Of a stretch of 64,000 nt of DNA, positions 49,486 to 62,190 are shown in pieces. The notes below the pieces were generated by a model. That model saw only the letters and a list, made by a program, of their open reading frames with translations, ran no database searches and was not told the DNA's origin. Within the stretch, counting starts at the first letter, position 1. Each line of letters starts with the position of its first letter. Source of the stretch: Mytilus trossulus (lineage: Eukaryota); NCBI RefSeq assembly GCF_036588685.1, contig NC_086386.1, forward strand, positions 57,908,001 through 57,972,000, in the 5' to 3' direction. A program made the translations under genes and the position numbers.

Positions 49486-52400
49486 ATGGCAGAAAGTTCT
49501 ACTCCAAAAAAGTTTTTCAGATTTATAAAATTTACTCCGACAACTAAAAAAACTCTGTGTGTAATTTGTGGAAACAGAATTGAAAAAAGTGATTACAGGA
49601 GAAAATTATTTCATGGCAGCATCAAATCTGAATACTGTCTTCTTATTGAAAAACATCTGGAAATAAATATTACAGAAGAGACACATGCAGATACTGCATG
49701 TAGAAAATGTGTTAGAGAACTGCAAAAAATTGACAATGTTTTCACAACATTTAAATCGTCTTATCAGAATACTTTGGCAAAACTACGTGAAACACATGGA
49801 CATAACTCGGTTTCATTCAAAAGACAATTTTCCGAGGATGGTAGTGCAACTGTTAATAGTAGGAAATCATTGTTTCCTAGAGATGAGGAACAAGAAGATG
49901 ACTCCGAATTCAATATTGACACTGAAACTGACACAGAACTGAAGGTATGTTTGTAAAGTACATTATTGTAAAAAAAAATAAGAAAGGAATGACCTTTCAT
50001 AAGAAACATGTATCATCATCCTATAACCAACAGAAACGAGCAAAGAAATTGTACAATCTCATTTTGATTTTTTTATATATTTTTTTTCCTCCAGTGGCAA
50101 ATATTTCATGTGTTTCTAGATTAAAACTATGATTCAAGCATAGTTATTTTCAGTTTTGAATACAAAATTTTTAAAAAGCATAATTCTTGAGTAGCATATT
50201 CATATATAAAGACTATTAATTATATCTTTATGTATATGTATTTTTGTTTAATTTATTTTTTTATACACTTATTCATACATAAAATATTGAAATTGAACAT
50301 GAAACAGTAACTAATAAAAACATTAGTTTAATGAGGAAACAATCATTTTTGAGAGGGGAAATAGTGGGTATAATTATTCAAGTTTCTGAAGAACAAATAA
50401 TTTTTTTATGAAAACTTTTGCATGGGAACAATTACTTAATTTTAGCTTACAGTAAATTTTTTTTTGGGGAAAACAAAGTGTCAAATTTGTGTTTGTCCCA
50501 ATTCTTAGTGGAAACAAACTGGTTTTTATTTTACGACCCCTATCGATTAAAGATGATTTTCTCTCTGGAAAACTAGAATCTGGCAAATTTTACCCCCCCC
50601 CCCCTCCCCAGAAAAAAAAGAAACACACACACAAAATCAACAGTTTATACCAATGCTATTATTAAATTAAATAAAACATTACTTGTATGTCAAAGTTTTA
50701 GACATGATAATCTTTGCTCATTGTTGAAGGCGGTATGGTAACCTGAAATTATTAATTTCTGTGTCATTTTGGTCTCTTGATAAAAGTTGTCTCATCTGCA
50801 ATCATAACACATCTCTCTTTTTTTGTTTTTAACAAAGACATTCTTTAGGTTATAATATGCCGTGGATTAAAAAATGAAATACGGTGCATGCCTGCGAAGC
50901 ACTTTCCAATTCTTGATGCCTTAACCTCTGGTGATATGCCTACAGTTGGTTCGTTAATTTAAAAAAATCCAGATTTGCAAGATGTTTTCCAAGAGACAGT
51001 GTTTGATACCATCAAAGGAGAAATTAAAACTTTGGCACTAAGAGAGAATAACTCAATTTTACGTAACCATGACAAGATAAAGTCTCTTACATTTGCCAGA
51101 GTTATAGATGAATGGAGACAGAAAGCTCCTACTTTCTTAAAATCACTTGAAGCAGCGGTAGCAAACCCAGCACATCAGTTTAATAAGTATAAAAAGGGCG
51201 AAGCTTTAATACCAGGTATAGTGACTGCTGGCTGTAAACTTTTGACCCTGTACAGCAAAGATTTAAATGCTTTTCAACATTTTAATAGCTATATTTTGTG
51301 GAAAGGTGGTTGCAAAAAGTCTGCATTTTCTCGACTGAATGCCACATACGACTGCTTAAGCTACCAATCAACGCTAAGTTTGGCAGACAAGTTAGGGATT
51401 GACTGGGACAATGATCTTGTTGCCATGCAAGAACTAGTAACAACTGAAACGTCACATGAATTGGTGTTACTTCAGAACATACAGATGATCAAAGAGTCTA
51501 TTGATTTGGTGAACGGAGATGCTGATACAATGGTACAACGAATTCTTGAACTTTCTAATGCGGAAAATGATTTGCATCAGTACAGAGATTTAATGCACCC
51601 TGGCTTTTACTTTGTAGGAGATAATGTAGATATGCGTACAAAAGTCAGGAATATGACAATCTATAACCAACACAAAGACCATCATATGTACCAAATATGT
51701 GCCTATGAAAACAGGATTTCAGGGAACCACCTAGACAACACTGTTGCCAAAGGAGATGCAAATACAGTGCCCTTCACTACTTTCATACCGAGTCAGTTAG
51801 AATTGGACAGTATAGCTAGTGACTTCACTTTCTTAGTAGCGAAAATATGGAGTCAGCATATTCCACACTTCAACATATTTGCACCAGTCCTTCCCGAGTA
51901 TATTGAGCATCAGTACATGAAAGAAATGAAGCAAAAAACAGCAAGAGTAAGTTGATATTGTATGTGTTATTAATGTGATCCATTATTATTAAAAATAGTC
52001 AGTGGCAAATATTCCATGCATTTTACAAACAAGGACAAGGATGTAACATAAACATTTATATAACTTTGATCAATCTTTGACTTTGGTTCACAAAGGAAAA
52101 AGGCTACCCTATATGTATGTGTTTAAAAATGGCTACTTTCAAATCCTGCATCTTAATTAAGTCTTCGAAAATTACTGTTTGTTATGGTGTCCTTCATTTT
52201 CATGATTTTATCTTGATATTTAGCAAAAAACCTATTTATACAACATATTTCAATAAACCCACTATAAGTTTAAGTTTTGTTGACATATGTTAAAAATCAA
52301 GCAATAGCATATATAAAAATTAGTCGAAAAGATTATAACCCTAAAAAGTAATAATATGCTTAACTGGGCTCATTGTTGAAGGCCGTAGAGTAACCTATAG

Positions 52401-54670
52401 TTGTTAATTTCTAAGTCATTTGGTCTCTTGTGGAGTGTTGTTTCATTGACAATCATAACCGTATCTTTTTTTTTTATATTAAAAAGTATTAATACTTAAG
52501 TACAAAACATATAACTTTTTACTATACATGCATATAAGAATTATATTTGATTGTGTTTAATTTCATGTACCTCATTTTGCTTTTAATAGATAAATATGGG
52601 AGTTTTGATGAAAAGTGAGCAATACAATGAAGATATGACAGACATTTGTGAATTTATGCACAAGTATGTACCTGGACACAATGAAACAGATGACTGGACA
52701 AAACAGCCACAAAAAGTCTTGAGTGGAGGAGACTATTTAACTTTTGAGAGACACAAACAGGCACAGTCATCCAAACGAAATGGTCGAACTCCAACAAAAA
52801 GATTAGAGGGACTGGTACCTAAAATGGAAGAATTTCACAACCAGGGAGAGTTGCTAAAGGTAATGTCTACAATACTCTAAGATGCATGATTTTTTATTAG
52901 TTGCAAGTGGCTTTGAACTAGCTGTCAGATAACTGAGAGTACTCCCAGAAATGTTTCTAGTGTCTTTTTGTTGTCTAGATGTAGAAGTACCTGGCCACGT
53001 CCAATTGTATTTTTGTCCATCTGATGAGTTAAGCCTTTTTTAACTGATTTTTATAGTTCGTTCTTATCTTGTACTGTTATACCACTGTCCCAGGTTAGGA
53101 GGAGGGTTGGGATCCGCTTTAACCCTGCCATATTATTTATGCATGTGCCTGTCCCAAGTCAGGAGCCTGTAATTTAGTGGTTGTCGTTTGTTTATGTGTT
53201 ACATATGTGTTTTGTTTTACATTGTCATATCGGGGCCTTTTATAGCTGACTATGCGGTATGGGCTTTGCATGCTCATTGTTGAAGGCTGTACAGTGACCT
53301 ATAGTTGTTAATGTCTGTGTCATTTTGGTCTCTTGTGGACAGTTGTCTCATTGGTAATCATACCACATCTTTTTTTTTTATATCTACATAAGAAAGATAA
53401 TTTGAAACAGATTATGTCGTATGTTGATATTTATTTTTAAATATATTTTTTCAGAAAAAACACTTTTATTTTTTGAGAAATGCATATTTTTTCATTGTTA
53501 AACCCGTAATCTGTCTGATTGCTTCAATTTCAGGTCATTTGGAAGTTGTTGTACTCAACCTCGTCAGCTAGAGACCAGGGAACTCTGTATGCAGCACGCA
53601 ATACCATAAATGCAAGAAATGTTACCCAAGATCCAGCCGATGATTTTTATGCAGCTTCTGATCTTGTTGAGAAAGTTACCACAGCATATATTATAACAGG
53701 TGGTCTTACTCACTTTGGAATGGAAAGCATAGACTCTTTACCCTGTAAAAATGTGTATGAGGGTGCAGTTGGGAATACAAATGAAATGAAGGAATATATT
53801 TTTGATCAGGCACGCTCGTTTGTTAAGACATTCACATTGCCAGAGATACCTAAACTTCCAAAATATGGGCCAAATTGCAATACATATCATTGTAGATACT
53901 GTGGAAAAAAGTACAAACAACCACATTCCCTCAGAAAACATGAATCCTCCATTCATGATCATTATGATCCTCTTTTTGCTAAGGAAAAAGTTTCGAGTGG
54001 CAAGGATAACGAAAACGAATCTGATGGAGTTAGTGCGTACACAAAGTTGGTTTTAACATTGGGTTTATTAAGAATGGATCACAACGATGCAATTCATATG
54101 GGTGATGGAACAAGGATGTTAAGAATTGACCAGTTCCTGGTTTTGTACTATAAATATTGTCATTGTACAAAATACGCCTTTGGTACCTTGGAAACTATAG
54201 CCCAAACTGAAGTTTTGTTAACAGAACGCCAGGCACACAGACTGATATGGAACAGAACTGTAAACCATAAGGGGGACGCAAATACAAATCATCCAAATGA
54301 TTTAGATGTTGAACATTGTAATAAGGTGTTTAAAGATTCTGCCCATAGATACAGAGGTGTTTTTACTGAGAAAGTGGTTTCGAGAGTCAGTAAGAGTGCT
54401 ATGAAAGTCCACGAAATTATCAAACAGTTTGACAAAATGTGTAAAGTGCATGTTCAATCAGGACGACATAAAACATGTGACAAGGAAATAGACATTTTAA
54501 CTTTGGTCAGACAATTCCAGGCATGTAATTTATTCGATTTCATTCCTGGCCGATCACATTATGCCTATCCAAACATGAAGGAAAATCCCCTTACAGAGCT
54601 AGACATGGAGTTTGTTGGAGACTGGATTGGTGCTAGTTTAAAAAAGTTTCATAACAAACATTTCTATTAG
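49486..54670 (+). pseudogene. Academ-type (DUF6589-like) transposase, 4 exons, about 987 codons, one in-frame stop
   Basis: Exons 49486-49944, 50849-51946, 52590-52859, 53534-54670, all phase 0 GT-AG. N-terminal CxxC...CxxC; motifs GDNVD, GGDYLTFER, EEFH, C2H2 finger CRYCGKKY...LRKHESSIH, GDGTR, KYA, NRTVN..G....N.P.DLDVEHCN. TAA at 50960-50962. Confidence 0.85.
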
Positions 54671-54688
54671 CAGAACAATTTTATTGTT

Positions 54689-56786
54689 TCAAAACATTTC
54701 ATCATCTGAACTGTAAATGACTTGTGGTTTTCTTGTTGACGATTCTAAAACATCACTGTCACTATCACTTGAAAACATATCATCGAGTTCTGTGATGTCA
54801 TTGTCATCGTTATCATCACTATCATCATTGTCCTCATTTGACATAATAGCTGTGTTTATTTTAGGGAGAACTTGATTGCAAGTGTTTGTACATACACATT
54901 CATCTTCACAACTGCATGCACATTTGCACGAGAGACGACAAATATCACAACAAAAGTGAGGTATATGTGCATGTTCAACAATTGTTTTAAATATATTTAG
55001 AATAAATGCCCATCTGCAGGTTTTAGATTTAACATATTCTTTCATAGATGGGAATATATTTTGACTTCCTAAACATCTTTTGTAAGTTAGTAGAATAGCA
55101 TTGCATTGTTGCGAAAGCTCCCTACCATCACGACCAGATTCTTGTACATAGTCATCAATATCATTAGCTGGACCATAATGTATAACTGTATCCACACCTT
55201 TTACATCTAGACCCATGCTAAAAGATGTTGAACATAGAACAACTCTAATATTACCATTTGGATTCATGTAGGATGTACAAATAAAATCTTTTACGTCATC
55301 ATCGGTTTTCATGTGGAACATGTCAAAAAGGCGATTTCTGTTATCATTTGGTCCTCCCTCTATGAAGTCTATGTAAGCATCATGCTTAAGGGATGTTTCA
55401 AGATATTCGTATACGTCTGCAATGTGTTTGATTTGCCTAAAGAATATAATCATCCTTGAAGTGGCCTGCTTATATCCTCTTAATAAATTTACTAACCATC
55501 TAAAATTGGTGCAAATATCATCTGAAGGTAAATTATGTACCCAGTATGTCACATTCTTTTTGTCAGGATTTACCATAATCTCAGAGCAGTTATCCATACA
55601 AAGTTGCTTTTTAATGACAGCTTTGGTTTCCTCTGTAGCTGTTGCTGTTAGAGCCACTACTGGTACATGACCCCCAACAAGTGAACGAATTTCGTCAAGT
55701 CGGCCATAACAGGGTCTATATGCCAATTTCTTCTTCTTTTTATCTGGAAGCCCACTGAAAAAAAATAAAATTAATTAATCATATTGCAATATAAATCTGC
55801 ATAGGTCTCATAAAAATGCTTTAGCTTTACAAAGAAGTATTTCATAAGAAAAATTATGTAAGCACCATAGAAAACATATTTATATAATCTTAATTATTGT
55901 AGATATCCAACTGTCCAGTAGCAAATATTTCATACATCTTTCAAAACATCACAATATGAATTGAAAGTTTTTAATTTGACACCATTGGCAGAATAATCTT
56001 TCATAATAGTAACAGAAATATTCAATTAAAAGGGTGATTAATATTAAAAGTAAAATTAAATGAGAATGTTTTGAATAAATAAACATTAAATAGTTAGTGC
56101 ATGTACAGATATATATTATATATACATTTATAAATATATGATGTTCTTTTGTATGCATGTACTATTTTCAAGATATACATATTTATTCTTATGTATGTCA
56201 TGTATGTTATATCTTATGTTAGAGCGATTCAGATTATTATTATTAGTATTATACTTTTTTTGTTTGTTATATGTACAAAAATAAATACTTACAACTTTTT
56301 TATGCAGTGAGCTTCATCTACAAATACTGTCTTGATAAAATTTTTCTTTGCCAAATCCAACAGTAATTTTCTTTCGTGTCCAATAAGTGACTCTGGACTG
56401 GAGAAAATAATGTCAATTTTTCCTTCCTTCACATCTCCTAAGGAAAGATTTGTTAGGCTGTCTTCAAAATTAGATGGTGAGGTAATGTCCTTCAAATATA
56501 CTGCTTTAATCCCTTTTCTATTCAATGCTTGAGTCTGTGTTCGCATTAAAGATGTTAGAGGCGAAATAACAAGTACAATGCACATATCATTCTTCTGTAA
56601 ATATTTAAATACAAAAGGTGCTATTTCAAAAGTTAGTGATTTGCCACTTCCAGTTGGTGAACAAAAAAATACATCTTTGCCTGCCAAAAAGCTTTCTACA
56701 ACTTTTCTCTGGTTAATTTTGATTTCAGTAAATGATAACTTTTGTAATCCAAAATCTATTGCAGCAGATATGACATCTGTATCCAT
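54689..56786 (-). CDS. RecQ-like SF2 helicase of AcademH, 2 exons, 519 aa
   Basis: Exons 56786-56293 and 55754-54689 join as VDEAHCIKKF|GLP. Motifs PTGSGKS, VISPLTSLM, DEAH, ALTATA, STSFSMGLD, QESGRDGR; Cys-rich CCDIC...CxCxC; acidic tail. Confidence 0.92.
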
Positions 56787-57353
56787 TTTGATGTTGAAAT
56801 CATAAGAAAAGTAAAATTGTAATCTACTTGAGATAAAATATGGGAGAACAGCATGGGATATATACACATGACAGCTTAATTATCTATTATCAACAGATGT
56901 GAAATTATAACCTCTTACCGACCAGTATCTGGTCGGTAAAAAATGTTATTATACAAGTCCCTTTCTCCAAGGGCAATCAGTAGGCTAGCACTTATCAGTA
57001 AACATATAAATTAGTGAGAGAAAAATAATAGAAAGGGAATTGAAGCAAGTCTAGTTGGCACCCTGTGGCAACTCTGGTGTGTAAATTGTTGGGAATTTGG
57101 TACTCTATAGATAAGATAGCTGTTCAGAGCTCGATTTTCATATGTTTATTTTTACATGGGTAATTAAATTTTTTTTTTCCTTGGGAAATATTAAGTTTTG
57201 TCAATTTTCCCCTTATCCAGGATTAAGGGGGGTGGATACTTAGGATACCCTGTGTCATGGTTTAATTAGTAAAAGACGTTGCCAGTTTTCTCCTTGGGAT
57301 TTTTTTGTAAGATTATACAGTCGTTTTTGTCGGAACTGTAGTTCCTCCTTTTT

Positions 57354-57367
57354 AAGATGGAGGGGGG
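57354..57367 (+). promoter_or_regulatory. Polypurine tract
   Basis: AAGATGGAGGGGGG directly abutting the TG of the 3' LTR. Confidence 0.85.
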
Positions 57368-57672
57368 TGTAGTGTAATTGCCCCTTAGTTCTAGGGGTTT
57401 CCCCAACCTATCACAAGGGTACTGGTACATCACAAAGGGATCCGAAGGGACACATGACATGACGTAACAGTTGGGTACTTCCAGCCTCGTCCTCGATGAC
57501 ATCTCTCTTACCACGGAACGAGCAAGGCAATGCGCCTGATATCTGGGGCTAGACGAGGTTAGCTGGGACTGACACCTTGTAGGAAGGTAAGGGCACTCTA
57601 ACACTAAGCATAGCTTGTATCAACCCCTCGGGTAACCATAGAGCTCAGCGAGACAGGCCAAATAACACTTTA
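57368..57672 (+). repeat. 3' LTR
   Basis: Direct repeat of 43349-43653. Confidence 0.96.
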
Positions 57673-58899
57673 GGTTTTTCATAATTCCTGTATTTTTCAA
57701 ACAATTGCACCTCACAAGATGCACGGGAGAATTCCTCACTCAGAAGGGCATTTGTCTGCAGTATTTTTAATGTACGAAATACCATATCTGACGATCCACG
57801 ACATAACGATATGTATGCTTCTTCCAATAAATCTTTTTCAATTTTCTTTTTTAAAAAATCTTTAAAGAATGACCCATAGTCATATGTCTTTTGTCGTTTT
57901 GCACTGGTGTGTGCTCCTTCTGCCGACATTTTTAAATGTTTGAGCGAGCTGTCACTAAAAGTATTCAGCTAACTCAGTAACTGCTATAAAGACACTTGAA
58001 GTTCATTAGTTGAGGGATCACTTAAATAATCTTCGAGGTTCAGGCTCTCGTTTTGGCAGGGGAATGTAAGTAAGGGGGAGGGAAACCAATGATGTCTGGT
58101 TTCTGGATACATCAACGTACTTCCGGTCACTCGAACCAGTGGTCTCGGCCCAAAGATTACGCTCGTACCTTTTGGTGTATACATGCGTAAAGCAAATATA
58201 TATCCAGATGAAATATCATTCGGTGGCAAAAGGTTACAGAATGTTTTGCCAGATTTTTTTTCCGCAGGAAAAAATGTTATTGGGAAATATTTTCCATTGC
58301 CATGAAAATTAAAAAAAATCCGGGAAGTTAAAATATAAATTGTTAAAAAAAAAAAATCTTTGCTATAAATACCAAGGATTTGTATAGTAAGATCTTAAAA
58401 AAACTTGCTAATATTATACTAAGGACTAATATTAGTGTATTTGTATATCAATATTTTAGAGTATAATATATATATATATTATAGTCGGAAAAAATATTCA
58501 CAGATTATGATTAAAAATAATATTCTGAATCATGACTTTTTAAAGAAATATCATAGTTTAAAAGACAATTATAATGAAACAGATGAAACAACACCAGAAG
58601 TAATTTCGCATATATTAATTGTGAAATAATATCTTAATCAATAAAAAATAAGGAAAGTGAAATACAGCTAAGAAAAAGAGTTGTTTTCCGAGGGCCTGCT
58701 AAGAAATTTCAGAACTCAGTACTAATAAATTAGTAATTTTTTAAAAAAAACAAAGGTTTTTAAAAGAGTTATATGATGTACATATACAATTGTTCAGTGA
58801 AATTTAAGTTGAGGATTAAAAAGATTGAGACATCTTTACTTTGAATTCCAGCTTTTAAACGTTGTGAATCATCTTAATGACGAGGTCAAGTATATCAGA

Positions 58900-60460
58900 C
58901 CACACTTCCTAGAAGATTAGACAGAGGACCTTGAAAAATACGCATTAGTGATATCCGCGGGTAGTTGGGCTGACATCCAGATCACTACATGCTACAGGGT
59001 TATATTATTTTGTTTATATCGATTTTGTAAACGATATCCGGAACTCATTACTTTCCCACGAAATGCAGACCATTGTCACATCCACTAATGTATGGACGAA
59101 AGGAAGAGAAGCTAAACGAGGACCAAACGCACTTAATATGTTATGTACAGGAAATCATCGAAAGTATTTATTTCTTCAAAAACTTATCTATAATTTGACC
59201 ACACCTTATCTTGTTGCAATTCATAATACAACTGTATCTGTGTCAGTACCACTTAAAATTACTTTCTACAACCATTTTCAGCAACATGCTTAACATGGAC
59301 AAATATTCGTGTATTTACTTCGTCATGGTTACAAGGGATAGCTGGGAAGTATCCGTATTGAAATTTCAAAGAACATTTTCACCTTGAGTAACATAAGCAT
59401 TTTTAGTAGTTTACAAAAAAGCAATTCTGTCGGCGAGAAAATTGTACAATTTCGGTTTATTTTCATCTTCACTAAGAAAAGTACTCCAAACCCTTGGCGT
59501 TCTACCAGAACCAACAACTTTCCGTCTACCACCAACACCTTGCCTTTAAAATATTCATTTAGTACCATCAAATACAATTTCTTCTCTTGAATACTTATCG
59601 GTGCAATATTTTATATAAGGCAGTATGACATCTTTTGTATATCCATCAAATATTTTTTGCTCTATGTGGTTGCCTGGAATTAACCATTGCTACCCCACCA
59701 ATGATAAATGCGTCGAAATTTGGATCAGTTGGAGGCAAATCGCAGAATGTTTCAAGTAAACCTATACACTGTGATTTAATACCACTATTTAATGTCACAT
59801 CCTGAGACAAAGACAGAGGAGCCGTTTTGTTTTCATGGCTAAATAAATCTTCCAAGTCAAACTGTCTACGTTGACAAGAAATGAATAGTATAGAAAAGAA
59901 GGGTGCAACTCCTTTTTAGGTTCTTCACATTTGTTTTTGCCAAAGACGTTTCCAGATTCATTCTACGACTATAATAGGAAATTATTCAAAGGAATCCTTT
60001 TGTTATTTTCGTATAGTCTTCATCGTTCATCTGATGTAGAATATGACTCAAACCACTAGATCTTTCAAATTTATTTATCAGTATACTGACTTCTTATAGT
60101 GCTACCATCCAACGTCTCAAAGGGATCTTTGATTAAACATATGGCACCAACACCCTTCACAATTTCATAATTTTGTGTTTGTGCCTGATCAATTGTGCTA
60201 TTAGAAAACAACTTGCTGGTCTTACATACCGTGAAATTACCATTTGCAAATTCAATTGCCACCTGTGTGTGACGTTCGTAAATGGAAGCCATGTCACGGA
60301 GATGGATCGTAACCATCGAGCATAATTTACACGATTTAGAACAAAACAATACAGTATCATGCTTGATTAGAACTGTTTGAAACGTCCGATATCTGAATCA
60401 TGAAATGAGCGTACTACCGAGAGCACAAGAAGTTCTATATCAAATCATAGGCAGGTGGAA
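58900..60460 (-). pseudogene. Heavily decayed transposase with PIN/XPG-like nuclease remnants (AcademX-like)
   Basis: Fragments across several frames: NYARWL, VAIEFANGNFTVCKTSKLFS..IDQAQTQN..VKG, LFSHENKTAPLSLS....NSGIKS, PCNHDEVNTRIFVH, GTDTDTVV. Boundaries approximate; termini not found. Confidence 0.65.
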
Positions 60461-60754
60461 GATAGGTCCGCTGCTGTATGCCCTGAGGTAGTCGGTGCTC
60501 TCAGGTAATTGATGCCCTCAGGTAATCGTGGTAATGTGTCATTGATTAAATTCGCACGAAATAATAGTTCTTATTTAGATAGATCTTAATACCAAATTTT
60601 AATGTGACTAAATACCAAAGATGTCAACAAACTCGCAAGGTGATTTTATTATTTGTATTCACCGATCATTCATTTCGTATGTACGTGTATGGTGGGGATG
60701 GCTGGTGAAATTATAAACATTTTTTTTTTTTATAAAAGTTCAATTAATGATCTG

Positions 60755-62190
60755 AAGTATTCATTCATGACAGGGTTACCCGAGGTAACCCCAATAATAA
60801 CAACAAATACAAACATTTAACTCAAGTCAACTGAGGTAACTTTATATATACATCACATAAACAATACAAATCTATGAAGTCCTACATTTTAAATTAAGAA
60901 ATTGTGTAATTAAAATATAAATGTATACACTACCAAAGTATCTACTTAGAATTATCTCATAACAGGGTAACCTGAGATAACCTAAACAATAACAGCAAAT
61001 ACAACCTATTTTACTCAAGTTAATTCAGATCACCTTTACAAATACATCACATACACAATATAATTTCAATGAATTCCTACATTAAAAAAGAAGAAGTCGG
61101 TTTATTACAGCATAAATGCATATACTAGCAAAATATCTACTAAGTATTCTGTCACGACAGGGTTACCTCTGGTAACCCATAAAATAGCAACAAGTATTAT
61201 CCATTCATTTCAAGTTAACTTATGTCACTTATCCGATATATCACATAAACATATGAAGTCCTACATGTAAAATAAAGATTTTTTTTGATTACAACATAAA
61301 TGTTTACACTAGCAAACCATCTAATAAGCATTCTCCATAACATGGGTACCTGAGGTAACCCCAGACATAATTACAAATATAACCCACTTAGCTCAAGTAA
61401 ACTGAGGTCACCTTTACATGTACATCACGTAAACAATACAACTTTCATGAAGTCCTACATTTAAAATAAAGAAGTTTGTTTATTACAATAAATGTAAACA
61501 CTAGCAAGGTATCTACGAAGTATTCATTCATGACAGGGTTACCTGAGGTAACCCCAGTAATATCAATAAATTTAACCCATTTAACTCAAGTTAACTCAGG
61601 TAACATTTATATATATATACCTCGCATAAACAATACAAATCTATGAAGTCCTACATTTTAAATTAAGAAATTGTGTAATTACAGCATAAATGCATATACC
61701 AGCAAAGTATCTACGAAGTACTCTTTCATAACACGATTACCTCAAGTAACCCTAAAAATAACAACAAGTATTATCCATTCAAATTAAGTTAACTTAAGTC
61801 GCCTTTCCCAAATATCATATAAACAATACACATCTATAAAGTCCAACATTAAAAGGTAAATGGTTTATTACAACTTAAATGTATACACTAGCAAGATATC
61901 TACGACGTATTCTTACATGACAGGGTTACCTTAGGTAACCATAACAATAACAATAAAGATAACCCTTTTAACTCAAGTTAACTAAGGTCACCTTTAAACA
62001 TATATACATCACTTAAACAATACAAATCTATGAAGTCTTACATTTTAAATTAAGAAATTGTGTTATTAAAATATAAATGTATACACTAGCAAAGTATCTA
62101 CTAAGAATTCTTTCATAACAGGGTTACATGAGGTAACCCAAACAATAACAGCAAATACAACCTATTTAACTCAAGTTAATTCAGATCACC
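60755..62190. repeat. Satellite-like array, about 190-bp unit, 7-8 diverged copies with an internal palindrome
   Basis: Anchor CATGACAGGGTTACCTGAGGTAACCC recurs at about 60766, 60958, 61154, 61336, 61529, 61727, 61916 and 62114. Confidence 0.9.

Larger units (their letters stand above)
49135..57053 (+). mobile_element. AcademH-type DNA transposon (7.9 kb) nested in the LTR element
   Basis: Perfect 9-bp TSD GTTGGCACC (49126-49134 and 57054-57062); termini TAGACTTGCT...AGCAAGTCTA. Imperfect inverted similarity extends further in (GGAGGAAGGGACTTGTA / TACAAGTCCCTTTCTCC). Transposase plus RecQ-like helicase is the defining AcademH content. Confidence 0.9.
43349..57672 (+). mobile_element. LTR retrotransposon, Gypsy-like gag/protease, non-autonomous (no RT/RNase H/integrase); about 6.4 kb without the nested AcademH
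   Basis: Paired 305-bp LTRs, TSD GGTT (43345-43348 and 57673-57676), PBS after the 5' LTR, PPT before the 3' LTR, gag-protease ORF. Confidence 0.95.
39235..57929 (-). pseudogene. Disrupted 3-exon host gene of an uncharacterised family (possible PD-(D/E)xK/REase-like fold), interrupted by the LTR element
   Basis: Exon 1 = 57929-57673 joined to 43344-43202 (MSAEG...YRNYEKP|LARIYAAGSIFQNG...LLNYLLK). Exon 2 = 40668-40453 (DHDIALEEETCDD...SLHLLSPL...LSCPC...DATSF). Exon 3 from 39811 (GWIDGWHGKSDILIN...QEQVLAQSIVF/SFLQ...LVPT/IGISKKKIVIYFYDSEEDVLL...ILWLTLNYDIF...). GT-AG junctions in phase; exon 3 needs three frame corrections. Confidence 0.8.

Noticed and set aside
54689-56786. Cellular RecQ gene (BLM/WRN/RECQL) or bacterial contamination
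   Set aside because: Lies inside transposon termini, has a spliceosomal intron and lacks the HRDC/exonuclease extensions.
43349-57672. A single novel retroelement natively encoding a helicase and transposase, or a direct-repeat-bounded KolobokP-type element
   Set aside because: The helicase/transposase block has its own termini and perfect 9-bp TSD, so it is a separate insertion. The direct repeats have PBS, PPT and gag, so they are true LTRs.
57984-58229. 81-aa ORF as an N-terminal extension of the disrupted host gene
   Set aside because: In frame with the ATG at 57929 but separated by two TAG stops, with no recognisable motif; more likely promoter or 5' UTR.
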